A DNA stretch of 64,000 nt, taken from assembly GCA_963693365.1 (NCBI GenBank), contig CAVNZM010000017.1, forward strand, positions 6,252,708 to 6,316,707, written 5' to 3'. The DNA is from Amoebidium appalachense (lineage: Eukaryota; Protista; Ichthyosporea). Numbering within the stretch: the first letter of the stretch is position 1; each line of letters starts with the position of its first letter. The notes beneath the pieces were generated by a model that was not told the DNA's origin, did no database searches, and was given only the letters and a program-made list of their open reading frames with translations. Position numbers and translations under genes: made by a program. Positions 39,302 to 52,553 of the stretch are shown in pieces.

Positions 39302-40617
39302 ATGCTGTCTCTTGCTCTGTCCGCCCTCTTGGCTGCTGGCGCCTACGCGGCCTCTGTGCAGCCTCACTATGCCCACTATGCCGAGCATGGCGAGGGCCCT
39401 GCCCCCAGACCCTCCGACGTGTACGATGGCGGGGCATCACGGGGCTAAGGTGTGCGCCACACAGCGCCTGTCTTTGCTGGAGGTGACAGGCACTAACGTG
39501 GTGCATCCCTCCATGGATCCCACAACAAACGGCACGTTCTACCTGTACCGCGACCTCGTGGACGACTACAAGCACGGCAAGCAGGGCAAGCAGGTGGGGT
39601 TTTCTTGTCTTTTGGCGTACACCCACTAGTACATTACCTCGGGTCTCTCGCTCCCCTCCTCACGCACCTATCACCTATAGTATACCCGCACCAGCATCTC
39701 CCTCCCCCCCCCCCCTTTCGCCCTTACCCCCGCTCTCTCCCCTCCGCCCCCTGCCCTCCTCCCCAATGGACTCGCATGAAAACCATCTTTTCCCATAATT
39801 ATTGCCCCTCGCCTCAGGCGCCTCCCACCGCAAGAGAACTAGAATAAGCCCCCCTCCCCCTCCCCCCAGCCCCCCCCCCCCCCCCCCCCTCTCCCCCCAT
39901 ATGGTATGTATTCGATTGGCCATACTGGAGACCCCGTCGTTTTTTCAATACCGTTGCCACATTGCCTGTGAACCCACAAGATAAGATACAGCCAACAAGT
40001 AGAAATAAATAGTCAAAGAATGAAAGATAAATTAATATTCCGAACCCCATTCCCCCCCCCACCCACACAACAACATCAGCACGGCAACTTTTGTTACTTC
40101 TGACTTTTATGCTTATCTACAAGCCCATGCCGAGAAAAATGAATTGATTTCATAGAGCTCCACTCATGAGCACCCTCTACGCGAAAAAAGCGACCAATTA
40201 AACAATCTGAACCACTAGCCGTGTATTAAATATGCACATCCTCTAATCTCTATCTGAAACTTCCCATTTTCATTTAGGTGGGTGACATCTACGGCACGTG
40301 CGGTGTGCTCTCCTACGCACAGGGTCTTGGTGCCATCGAGTACTATTGCAGCTTTACCATCCGCATCATGAAGGGTGAGAAGGTAATCGGTACACTGAGT
40401 CTCCAGGGCCCCACATTTGACATCAAGATTGGCTCCAGCTACCCTTAAACGGTCACCGGCGGCACCGGACGCTATTTTGGCGCCAAAGGAACAGATGTGT
40501 CGACGATTATCGTGCGCGGCGAGAAGTGGAGCCATGAGATTGAGTTCACTTCTTGCACTCCCAAGTATGGGCACGGTGGGCATGAGTATGGCATGGAGGA
40601 GGGGGGGGGACAACTGA
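39302..40617 (+). pseudogene. dirigent/AOC-like copy D, disabled
   Basis: Exon 39302-39593 has an 11-nt deletion relative to C near 39430 (frameshift). Exon 40278-40617 has an in-frame TAA at 40446 and an extra G in the terminal G-run. Confidence 0.85.
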
Positions 40618-41369
40618 AGAGGTGTGGGGGGTGTGAGTGGTGATATTATCATCAGAGAGTTATTGGCAAACAAGGCCAGGAGTTGGTTTTTCTGCAATGA
40701 AATGTGGGATTTATTGGCAACATGTTGGATAGGATATCTAGAAAGCTGTAGAAATGAAAGGGGGCATCGGTGCCGTGCGCTTTAAAGTTTTGCCAATGTA
40801 CGTTTCATGTGGAGATAAGGTGTTAGTTTTACCAAACCGAATCGGTTTGGAAGAGCATGAAAAAAAAAATAAAGGCTTTGTACATTACTATCAGGCTGGC
40901 GACTGTTGCACGTGATCTCTCCCTCCCCTCCCTCCCCCTCCCTTCCCCTCCCCTCCCCCTCCCTCCCCCCTCCCCCCCCTTCCCCCCTCCCCTCTCCTTC
41001 CACCCCTCCCCTCCCCCCTCCTCTCCCACTCCCTCTTTCTTGCTCTCCTTCTTGTTTCACCCCCCCACCCCCCTTCTTCTTCTTCTTGTTTCCTTTCTTT
41101 TCTAGGCATCGGAGCCCGCATCTCCCCCCCCCCCCCCCCCCCCCCCTCACTCAGCCACGTGCATCCGCTTTCTCCTCTCCCTTTTGTGCTTCATACGGCT
41201 GTGTTTGTGTGTGTGTGTGTAGATGTGTGCATTATAGTAGGGTATGTCCATGTGTGTGGATTAAGTTGAGGCATAATCGTGCGCCCCCTGTTCAGCCGCC
41301 ATAACGCCATGGAATCGAGCCGCCATAGACACTCCCTAAACAAAACACGTGGGGGGGGGGGGGGGCAAT

Positions 41370-43620
<2,251 letters not shown>

Positions 43621-45522
43621 AACTTCATTAAGCCAAACCAGCGAGACACAAACAACTAACGGCCTTGTGAATCAATGATATATGGCCAGGGCACCAAGTT
43701 TCACAAATTTCACAAACTTCACAATCTTACAAAATTTCAACACAATTCACCGGGAGTGTCCAGTGTTCTTTCTTAGTTTTCTTCTGTTCTCGAAGCACCC
43801 CCCCCCCCCCCCCCCCCCTCTCTCTCCACCCCCCCCCCCCCTTCCCCTCCCCCCTCCCCCCCCTCCCCTCACCCCGGCGCCCTTAAAAAAAAAAAAAAGA
43901 AAGGAAAAGAAACCCTTAAAAGCTCATTTACTCCCGGAGCGCGGGGGGCGCAGGGGGGGGGGGGGGGGGGGGGGGGGGGGTTGGTTGGTTGGAAATACAG
44001 AGGCGCGGCAGAGTAATCAGAAAGAACCCAAATTCTGATAATAGCTGCACATGAAACTGGCCATTATGATAGTTGGTGGTGGGCCAAGGTGGGATATTTT
44101 TCCAACAAAACACGTAACAACGAGCAATAGCAACGAAGGAAATTTTGAAATTTGAAAAAAAAAATAATAAAATGAAAAAGACGTTATATCTCCATGGATG
44201 AATGTTGTATGATGATCTTCACATAGTATCTTGTATTGTCGTTTTCTACATGTGTATCTTGTTGGGTGAAAGTCACTAAAACAAATTGATTAATTCAAAA
44301 AAGACGTTATATGCCGGTGTAACAGTGTAGTTTTCTTCGCACCAATCAATAGGGGCTGTGTGGGGCTCCCACCAACCAGATGCAAGCGCCATATTCCTTT
44401 TTTGGGCCGTAGATTCCGGCAGGAAACCAATCGCAAGAAGCCGGGTTTTTCCTCTGTCTGCATGTGCGATTAGTTAAAATTTGATCAATTGAGGAGGCCT
44501 CCGGGGGGAAGGGGAGGGGGGGTTGGGGGGGGGGGAGGGGGGGGGGGGGGGGGGGGGGGGGGGTGGGGGGGGGGTGGGGGGGGGGGGGTGGGGGGGCGGG
44601 GTGGTGGTGGTGGTGGGGGGGGGGGGGGGGGGGGGGGGGGGGGTGATGTGTAGTAACGGGAAGTAGCAGGACCAAGGGAGAAGTGTAAACAAAAACTAGG
44701 CCGGGGCTTAACTTTCTCAGTTGCGAAGTCCTTTGGTTTCCTCCCCCCCCCCCCCTCTCCCTAGCGACTTGCGCAATGCTGCAATGTCATGCACGTGAAC
44801 TGTACTAATAATTGAAATGTCGGACACTTGGATTACTTCGAACTAGACGGGAACATATAAGTGCACACTGTCAGCCAAAAGGGAACGTGTACATGTGCCA
44901 GAATCCACTCAAAGACGGTGGCGCCTACGGCCCAGGCATTCATAAGCTTTGAATAGTTCGAACAAAAAGAAGGAAATTTTGCACCGGTACCCAAAGAAGG
45001 CGGGACGCGCATGTCCACAGCGTACGAAATATGCCCTAGATCCAATAAAAAGGTTCAAAAACAAAAAGAAGCTTCGAAACATGCATGCGTGGTTGTGATG
45101 AGTGAGTCAGATATGGGGGGTTTGACTGCATGTCTGCATGTGCATACAGCATGCGCATGTGTCGTGTGCGTGCAAGTGATGTGCGTCCTACCCGATTCTC
45201 GCCCTGCAGGGTCGCCTTGCAATTGAGCACTAGTGCTGATGTGATCGAAAGCTCGCTGCCTTGACTAAAGGCAAAAGAAGTTCAGAAAGAAACCTCATGT
45301 GCACAGCCTTGTAAACAGCGTAAACCCCCCCCTTATATATACGCGGTCAACAATGCAAAAGGGGGTTTACACACTTTTTATTGCGTGGACATTGCCGGAG
45401 GCCCAGCCACATTCGACGGCCTACTGCGTTTTCCAGCACAGCCAATCAAATGCAGCCAGTGACATATGTACATGCTAGGCAACAATGAGCGCCATCGTAG
45501 TATCTGACACCCCTATTACATA

Positions 45523-48500
45523 TTATGGGTAAGCAGATGCTAGCATCGGTAGCTCCGACAGAAAGTTAAGGCACCGGATCACAATATCATACTGTGCAGC
45601 ATTAATAAGGTGATCTAGGATAGTCATCTTAAAACGGATATATTGAGGAAGAGATGAAGAAAAGAGAATAAAACCGCCAATAACCTCCGGTTCTAATACA
45701 TTAGCTAACAGGTTGCATTTATTGATAGATATGCAGCCGCGAGTAAACCGCCCCCCACACATATTACACATACGAGCAGGAGACACCAGAAACCGATTAC
45801 ACCGCCAAGCCATAATCATCTTTGCGTTTTTACACCACACCACATTACGAATAAACGAATCTATGTATGAACGAGACTCTCTAACCGTATCCGCCATATA
45901 GGCTACTAGTAGTTGGTGTTTGTGCGGTCCTAACACCGGAAGGGACTCAACACGTAGAGTAAAAAGATATCTATCAGCCATAGACTTGAAACTATTCATA
46001 TTCACACTATGATCTAGCCGTACCTCCGGGGGGGTCGCCAGCCATTCCACATAGCGCTCGGCAATGGGCAGAGACGATGGGGAAGGGAAGAGGTACAGGG
46101 GCGCATCCGGCGGGGATGCGTGTAGCCGGAAGAGCGGGTGGTCCGGGGCACAAGCGGACAGGCGGGTGATGTGCTCGTGAAATTTAAGGGCTAATTCGTG
46201 TACGCGTTGTGATGGTGGTGTGAGTGCGTAGAGAGAATCAAAAAGGCGTCTAGGGATAGGTGTGGAAAGACCAGTGAGAAACATACAACAAGTTGTGTAA
46301 TGGAAATCATCTAATGATTTGAGGACATTAGTAACAGTATCAGGGGGTGCCATAGCTAGTAAGGGCAACCCGTATTCCGACAAAGGGCGAATATATGTGC
46401 GAAATATACTAAGACGATTGTATAGGTGGACAGTATGAGAAAGAGTAGCAAGATACACATCCCGAAATAACCGAAGACACCTGCCTGCACTCTCCACCCG
46501 ACGGTCGATCATCCGTTTGAAACATATGCCCCATTCGTCCACCGGAATCCCCAAATACTTGTATTCGATTGGGCGAGGGAGGGGACTGCCGAAAATACAA
46601 ACGTCGTCCCATGCCGGTATCGATTTTGATAAAAGGGCACACTTTTTGACATTAATCTGCATATCGTTGCGCTGGCACCAATGTTCAACCACACGAATGT
46701 ATTGCCGTAGTTCGAGAGGATCGGATGACATAAGCACAATATCGTCGGCAAAAAAGAGGGCGGGAGGAGCCTGGGATGGCAACCCCCCGTCAATTTGTGC
46801 CGCAGAAAGAGTGTCGGCTAAATCATCAATATACAGGTTGAAAAGAAGAGGACTTAGCAGGGACCCTTGAAGTACCCCGCGCGTGCGGGTAAACCCTGGG
46901 GATAGCCGCCCATTAACCACCGCTCGTCCGCGTGTAAACGTAAACATAGCTTCCAGTAGCCGACCCATTTGGAATGGGACACCGCGAGTGGCTAACTTGG
47001 CCCACAGGCGAGGGAGGTCGACCGTGTCGTACGCGTTCTTAAAATCGATAAATACGAGGTGCTCGGTATCACTTTGAGTTGCATTATGTAGAGTGAGGAT
47101 TTGTGCGTAACATGAGTGTCGATGCCGAAACGCCGCCTGAAGAGGGCTCAGCTGGGAAGCCTGCTTAAGGGTGGGGTTACGGGAAAAGGCCTGTAAAAGG
47201 CCACTTTCGAATAATCGGCGAAAAACGGACGTAAGGGTGATAGGGCGAAATTCGTGGATGGGACCCTGTGCAACCGTTTTCTTGATGGGAAACACTAAGG
47301 TGGCTAGCCACTCCGAGGGCACTTTACCGACATCAGAATACCAGCTAAACAACTCGCTAAGAATACATGTAAGTGGTGGCGGCGGGCCACGCTTTTCGTC
47401 TTTCTCGGGTCGGGGTGGGATGAGTACCTTAAGTAGTGCCATAGGGATGCCGTCCGGCCCGCACGCTTTGCGGGACGGGTAACGGGAGACTAACTGCCAT
47501 ACCGCATCTGGGGTAAAAAGTTCCCCCAATTCCGCCCCAAACTCAGCCGGCCCCGCTGGCCACGCCGTGTGTGGTGGTGGTGGTGTGTCGGAGGGTGGAA
47601 CAAAAACAGGAGGGGGCGCCTGCCCCAGGTCCGTGGCCATACATGTCGGGTTACGTTTAAACAGGGTGCCGTAAAAGGAATCGGTTGCAGATTCCGGGTC
47701 GGATGACGGGTCGGCCGTTATTCGAATCGAATGATCGCCGCGATCAATCTTCCGAATATTACCCAATAGCATGTGATACGGTAGAGGCTTACGTAAGGCA
47801 GCCTCCGCTCGAGGGCCGCGAGTGTGTGTAGTTCGTGCTTGTGGGTAAACTTGGGCACCTAAACAGGCATATTCACCTATGTCCCACAAGGTTTCTCGTA
47901 CTGTAGACCAGACGCTATCGATGAAGGTCTGGTCGGTGCGTAGTGGGGTTTGGCGTCCATCACGCACAAGCGATAATAGACTCGGTTGCACCGTCTCGAA
48001 AAAGAAGCGAGTGTCTGCTTGGCCGCGCTGGCTTTTAAGTTCGCGTACGTTAAGTCTGTAAGTGTGTTGTGGTGACGGCGTAGAAAGGCTAAGTGTAGTG
48101 CGAAAGACTATAGGTAGGTGGTCTGACGGTGGGGGGTGTAGGTTGTGGTGTATGTGTAAGGTGCAAGGACCAGAGGCTGGCCCCCAGTCCGTGCGGTGTT
48201 CTTGTACTACAGATGGAAGAGTAAGGCGTAAGGCTGTAACAAAAGTGTGAAAGGTTGGCGTGCGTGGGTGGTTGGGTTTAAGTAGGGCCTGTGGGTGGCC
48301 GTGTAGGGGGTGTGGGGTGGTAGTTAGCGGGCTATTAAAGTCTCCTAACACTAGTGTGGGGTTATGTGGGGCGATGGTGTTAAGCTCGTGTTTAAGTGCT
48401 AGAAGTGGAAGGCTAGGTGGAAAATAAACAAAAGTGCATATATGGCCACAAACTGAGATGGTGAGTGTGTGTATTGTACGTGCTATAACTGAACAGTGGT

Positions 48501-48726
48501 TAACAAAGTGGTAGGCGGCGATGAACACTATGCCGGAGTGAGGCTTGTGGCCCACAGGCTGAGTAGACTCGCCGACGAGCCGTCCAGACCGACGGAGTGT
48601 GGCGTGGTCTCGCCACCACGTTTCTGCGACAACAATAAACGGGAACTCCTGTTGGGGTAACGAAAGAAGAAACTGTGCTTTACTCTTATTTAGACTACGA
48701 GCATTCCAGAAAAGAAAGGAGAGCAT
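45523..48726 (-). CDS. LINE ORF2: AP endonuclease - reverse transcriptase - C-terminal Cys motif (1067 aa)
   Basis: APE: FWNARSL, AETW, LGDFN, SDHLP. RT: KACGPDGI, FRPITL, FIDFKNAYD, GVLQGSLLSPLLFNLY, FFADD, YKYLG. C-terminal CNMCG. Confidence 0.95.
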   Translation of the reverse strand: MLSFLFWNARSLNKSKAQFLLSLPQQEFPFIVVAETWWRDHATLRRSGRLVGESTQPVGHKPHSGIVFIAAYHFVNHCSVIARTIHTLTISVCGHICTFVYFPPSLPLLALKHELNTIAPHNPTLVLGDFNSPLTTTPHPLHGHPQALLKPNHPRTPTFHTFVTALRLTLPSVVQEHRTDWGPASGPCTLHIHHNLHPPPSDHLPIVFRTTLSLSTPSPQHTYRLNVRELKSQRGQADTRFFFETVQPSLLSLVRDGRQTPLRTDQTFIDSVWSTVRETLWDIGEYACLGAQVYPQARTTHTRGPRAEAALRKPLPYHMLLGNIRKIDRGDHSIRITADPSSDPESATDSFYGTLFKRNPTCMATDLGQAPPPVFVPPSDTPPPPHTAWPAGPAEFGAELGELFTPDAVWQLVSRYPSRKACGPDGIPMALLKVLIPPRPEKDEKRGPPPPLTCILSELFSWYSDVGKVPSEWLATLVFPIKKTVAQGPIHEFRPITLTSVFRRLFESGLLQAFSRNPTLKQASQLSPLQAAFRHRHSCYAQILTLHNATQSDTEHLVFIDFKNAYDTVDLPRLWAKLATRGVPFQMGRLLEAMFTFTRGRAVVNGRLSPGFTRTRGVLQGSLLSPLLFNLYIDDLADTLSAAQIDGGLPSQAPPALFFADDIVLMSSDPLELRQYIRVVEHWCQRNDMQINVKKCALLSKSIPAWDDVCIFGSPLPRPIEYKYLGIPVDEWGICFKRMIDRRVESAGRCLRLFRDVYLATLSHTVHLYNRLSIFRTYIRPLSEYGLPLLAMAPPDTVTNVLKSLDDFHYTTCCMFLTGLSTPIPRRLFDSLYALTPPSQRVHELALKFHEHITRLSACAPDHPLFRLHASPPDAPLYLFPSPSSLPIAERYVEWLATPPEVRLDHSVNMNSFKSMADRYLFTLRVESLPVLGPHKHQLLVAYMADTVRESRSYIDSFIRNVVWCKNAKMIMAWRCNRFLVSPARMCNMCGGRFTRGCISINKCNLLANVLEPEVIGGFILFSSSLPQYIRFKMTILDHLINAAQYDIVIRCLNFLSELPMLASAYP

Positions 48727-48728
48727 GC

Positions 48729-49874
48729 TTACTGGGAGTTGGCTGGTGCGGCGGTGGGGTCGTAGGGCTTGCTGAAGACCTGCACGTGCTGAGCCTCCCA
48801 GTAGGCACGCACCTCAGCTGCTGTTTTGGCCCGGCTGTCGTGTGCCGGGTAAAGTGTGGCTGCCTTGACAGCCCATGCATGGGCGTTGGCCATTCTTGCA
48901 AGCACCCGGCGTTGCCAAGAGGCCCGGGCAGCGGCCTCTGCATCAACACGGTTAAGTGTGGTGTTGTAGGGAGCCGTAGGATCGAAGTCTGCGAGAAAGG
49001 TGGCGTCGGTAGCACGTTGGATGATGTTTATGAGGGTATCACGGTAGCCGGCACGCACAATGAACACTGTGTAGCGACGGCCAATGAAGAGCATGTCGGG
49101 AATCATTCGGTTGAGGACACCGAGGGTGTAAAGACGGTCACGCATGGTGCTGATGTTGGCCGGCACCATGGTGAAGGCTGCAGTGGTCAACTCGGACTCG
49201 TCGGTACCCTGAGGGGCAGGGTCAGACGCCACCCGAGGGCGGCGGGTTGGGTGCAGTGCTGACGCTGCGGCAAGGGCTGCCAAAGCCTGGGTAGCCCCGT
49301 GGGTCTGGGCCACCGACTCGGCATACGTTTTGACTTTCTCGGACACGTACACGGTCTTGGCGTCCACCGTAGTGCGGTACACCTTAGGATTCGTTGTGGG
49401 TATGAACTTGGGAGACCCCGGGGGGGTGGGTAACCCATCGGGGGTTGCCTGTGCTGCAGGGGCCGGGCCCGCGTGGGCAGGGCCGGTGGGGGTTGCCCGG
49501 TCAGCTTCCAGCTGCCGTAAGCGCGTCTCCATTTGCTGAACAAGGAGGTCTGTGTGGTCCTGTTTGGCTTTATACTCAGCTACTTGGGTTGTTAAGTCGG
49601 AGACTTGGGTGCGGAGCTGCTCATGATGCGCCATAAGTTTGAGCACGGCTTTCCTAGCCTTCTCGGGTATCAAGTGCAGTTGTTCTTTCGAAATAAAACT
49701 ACTTGCTGGCGGCACGGCCGGTGGCGCTTTAACCTCGGGAAAGGGAACCTGTTCCGCTCGGCTCAGTTTAGTTAGCCTCTTATCTGGGGATTCTCCTTCC
49801 CGTGTATCACGTTTGCGGCTCCCAGGCGGTGTCCCAGGAGGGTCCGGGGACAAGGATGCATCCTGAGACGCCAT
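48729..49874 (-). CDS. LINE ORF1 (381 aa) with coiled coil
   Basis: Lies directly upstream of ORF2; heptad segment HEQLRTQVSDLTTQVAEYKAKQ...METRLRQLE; KTYAESV motif. Confidence 0.85.
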   Translation of the reverse strand: MASQDASLSPDPPGTPPGSRKRDTREGESPDKRLTKLSRAEQVPFPEVKAPPAVPPASSFISKEQLHLIPEKARKAVLKLMAHHEQLRTQVSDLTTQVAEYKAKQDHTDLLVQQMETRLRQLEADRATPTGPAHAGPAPAAQATPDGLPTPPGSPKFIPTTNPKVYRTTVDAKTVYVSEKVKTYAESVAQTHGATQALAALAAASALHPTRRPRVASDPAPQGTDESELTTAAFTMVPANISTMRDRLYTLGVLNRMIPDMLFIGRRYTVFIVRAGYRDTLINIIQRATDATFLADFDPTAPYNTTLNRVDAEAAARASWQRRVLARMANAHAWAVKAATLYPAHDSRAKTAAEVRAYWEAQHVQVFSKPYDPTAAPANSQ

Positions 49875-50958
49875 GGGTGGGTTCTAGCTGCCCCTCTCAA
49901 GGGGCCTAAGTAGAGGTGGATGCCTAAGTAAAGGCCGATGCCTAAGTAGAGAAAGTAAAGAAAGAAAAAAAAGAAAGAAAAAAACAACGTGTGAAAGAAA
50001 AAAACGTGTGAAAGAAAAAAACGTGTGAAAGAAAAAAACGTGTGAAACTGCAAAACTGCTTGCAATATAGAAGGATATAAATAGAACAACTCCTATTGGA
50101 TAGCAGCACGCATGGAGGAGAGCAAATCAAAGCTCTTCAGGAGGGACGCTGCCCTGTTGTTCTAAGAAACAAACTTCTACGTAACAATTGGACTATATAT
50201 ATCGAACTGAAATATTTTGTATTATAGACCACCTTTTTCGTTAACGATATCCTACTGTAACTAGCTATGTCTGGATTGGCAATTCTTGGCGGTCTTTTGG
50301 ACTCCGCCGTGGCCACGACTACCGTCGCACGTACGCGTCCCTCCATGAAAAAATTGCCCCTCTCTTACCGTTGCCTCAAAACGGTGGCCAATCGGAGCAC
50401 AGTAAGATTTTTTTAAGTCATATGATTGGCCAACCAAGGCGCAATCGGATCGCAATACAGACATCCTTTGCACGGATTGGTGCTTGTTTTCCCGGTCCGT
50501 ACGCCGATTGGAGAAAATTGTAGCTATGAAAAAAGCCGGAATTTTGGATGATCCATCGTAGACTCGTAGTGCACACAGGCTTGCTGATTATTGCCAGTTT
50601 TATTGGCGTCTTCATTATCAGGCTGAAACGTGAAATATATATTCGTATGAGCGTACACTTCTAGAACTTAAGAGCAGCTCACGATCTTTAGTAAGTAAAA
50701 TTATGACAGAAATCGCTGGCCTTCCAATGATGATAAAAAGGCATTTTATTTGGGGGCGTGCCCGGAATGGGCAGTAGTAAGTATTGAGGTTCCCCCTGGT
50801 GGTCCCTCCCTCCTTCATCCTTTGTGGGGGAAGGAGGAGGGGGGAGGGGGGTGGGGGGTGGGGGGGGGGGAGGAGAGGAGGGGGGAGGGGGGACCCAGAG
50901 GGGGGACCCACCTGCTCGAGGGGCCCGCCTGGCCGGGGTAGGCCCCCCCCCCCCCCCC

Positions 50959-51206
50959 TGTTGCAGGCCAAAGTGTCGTCCAGGCCAAAGTGTCGTCATC
51001 TCTAATTAAAATCCAGGTCGTCAAATTTGACTGGTCTAGGGGGAATATCGGGCAGACCAAAATGCACCCCCCCCCCCCCTACTACCCTGGGTGACAGGGG
51101 GGTCAGAGGGTTTGTATGACGTGGTGGGAGAAACACAGTGTGTGCGCGGCGGCGGGGGGGGGGGGGGGGGGGGGGGGGGATTATAAACAATCATTGTCGT
51201 GACCTT
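50959..51206 (+). repeat. left terminal inverted repeat
   Basis: Two tandem 17-mers caggccaaagtgtcgtc and the palindrome gtcaaatttgac; reverse complement of 61350-61599. Confidence 0.9.
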
Positions 51207-51294
51207 AGCTTATGACATGTTTTGGCCGGAAAAAGATCATGTCTACTGTTACCAGTTTTTTTTCATCTTGGTGCAAATGATGTATTCGGGGGGG

Positions 51295-51325
<31 letters not shown>

Positions 51326-52553
51326 TTGTGGTATAATCACTATAGTGTCCTGAGCTTGTTGCTTTGTGTGTTGGTCGAAAAGAAATCATGGCCAATGATA
51401 GCAGGATTTTACCAACTCGTTGCAAATGAGTGGTTTGTATGTATTTATCATGCCAATGGCATTGCCTTTACCTTACAGAAGCCATAATACACCATTATGA
51501 TTTAGTCGTAATCATCTTGTATTCTTAATCATTCTTACATCACAATGTTAAAGTGGGTTTACATAGACTAAGTACCGCTCACATAGAATAAAACCCCGGG
51601 CCCCCCGCCGGCGGACAGCATATATATTTTGTATGTTTTAGTTGTCACTACGTCACAAAGAACCATACACAGCATCCAATTCATGTTATATTCGTAAATA
51701 TCTTCTAGGCACAATTTTCAATCTTGATCTTATACTTATACACCTACATGAAATAAACCCAGACAGCATGCAACCAGCACCGTGGCATTCATGGTGTATT
51801 TAAATACGAGCAGGCATTAAGTCCTTCATTCCAGTTCAAACGATAATGGCATGTTGGCAGCAAAAAACAAACAAAAAAGCCCAAAAAAAAACAAAAAAAA
51901 CACCGATATCCACAAGGTCGTCTACACTACATCCACAGTTGACTTTGCATACGTCAGTTTGCGGAGCCCACGCCTACCAGTGGTTCCTGGGCCGGCACAT
52001 ACACCATGAAGTTGAGATGCACATCCTGTTGTAATACGTAGTATCTACATATTGTAAGATCTTCTCAGTTCGTGTTATGTTTTCGTTCATCAAGTTTACT
52101 TCGTGTAAAAGATGTGCTCCTTGTACGTAAATTATGACATCGATCTCCAGTGTGTTTGAGTACTTGTAATCGTTTTGTGTAGCCGGTGATAGGTTTTAAA
52201 CATCACCTCTTTCCTCGTTACTTTTCACCTCATTACTGTCTTAGAGCTGTGACCTATGGTGTGCCCGTTCAACCTGTGTCTCCGGATCTATCCGGGAAAT
52301 AATCAGTTAATTGTGATTAATTATTTTAGACATAGATCTGATTTCCGACTGGTCGGAAATCGTGTATGGATTTGACTTAAGGGAATTTCAGGTATTTATG
52401 CGAGATCAAAATAAATTGAGTTCAGTCGTGTCTAAACATTGATGTCTGTTGTGTACACTGCTCCGATCGTTCCGTGTTTTGTTGTTGTGTGTCTGTGGTG
52501 TTTTCACACTGCACCACTGTGTCTCTGCTTCCGTCCCAAATACTTATACAATT

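Larger units (their letters stand above)
45523..50050 (-). mobile_element. full-length-looking non-LTR retrotransposon (LINE); exact ends not resolved
   Basis: Intronless, microsatellite-free ORF1 + ORF2 separated by TAA-gc-ATG. Tandem repeats in the 5' region. No poly(A) tail or TSD recognised. Confidence 0.9.

Noticed and set aside
23561-40448. TAA read as Tyr (in-frame TAA in copies B and D; D's aligns with TAC in B)
   Set aside because: Both copies have other disabling lesions, both LINE ORFs end in TAA, and intact exons contain no in-frame TAA.
48675-49262. 195-aa plus-strand ORF
   Set aside because: Antisense shadow of GC-rich LINE ORF1.
51950-52200. ~70-codon open stretch on the minus strand inside the TIR element
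   Set aside because: No start or splice context and no recognisable motif; too weak to call.
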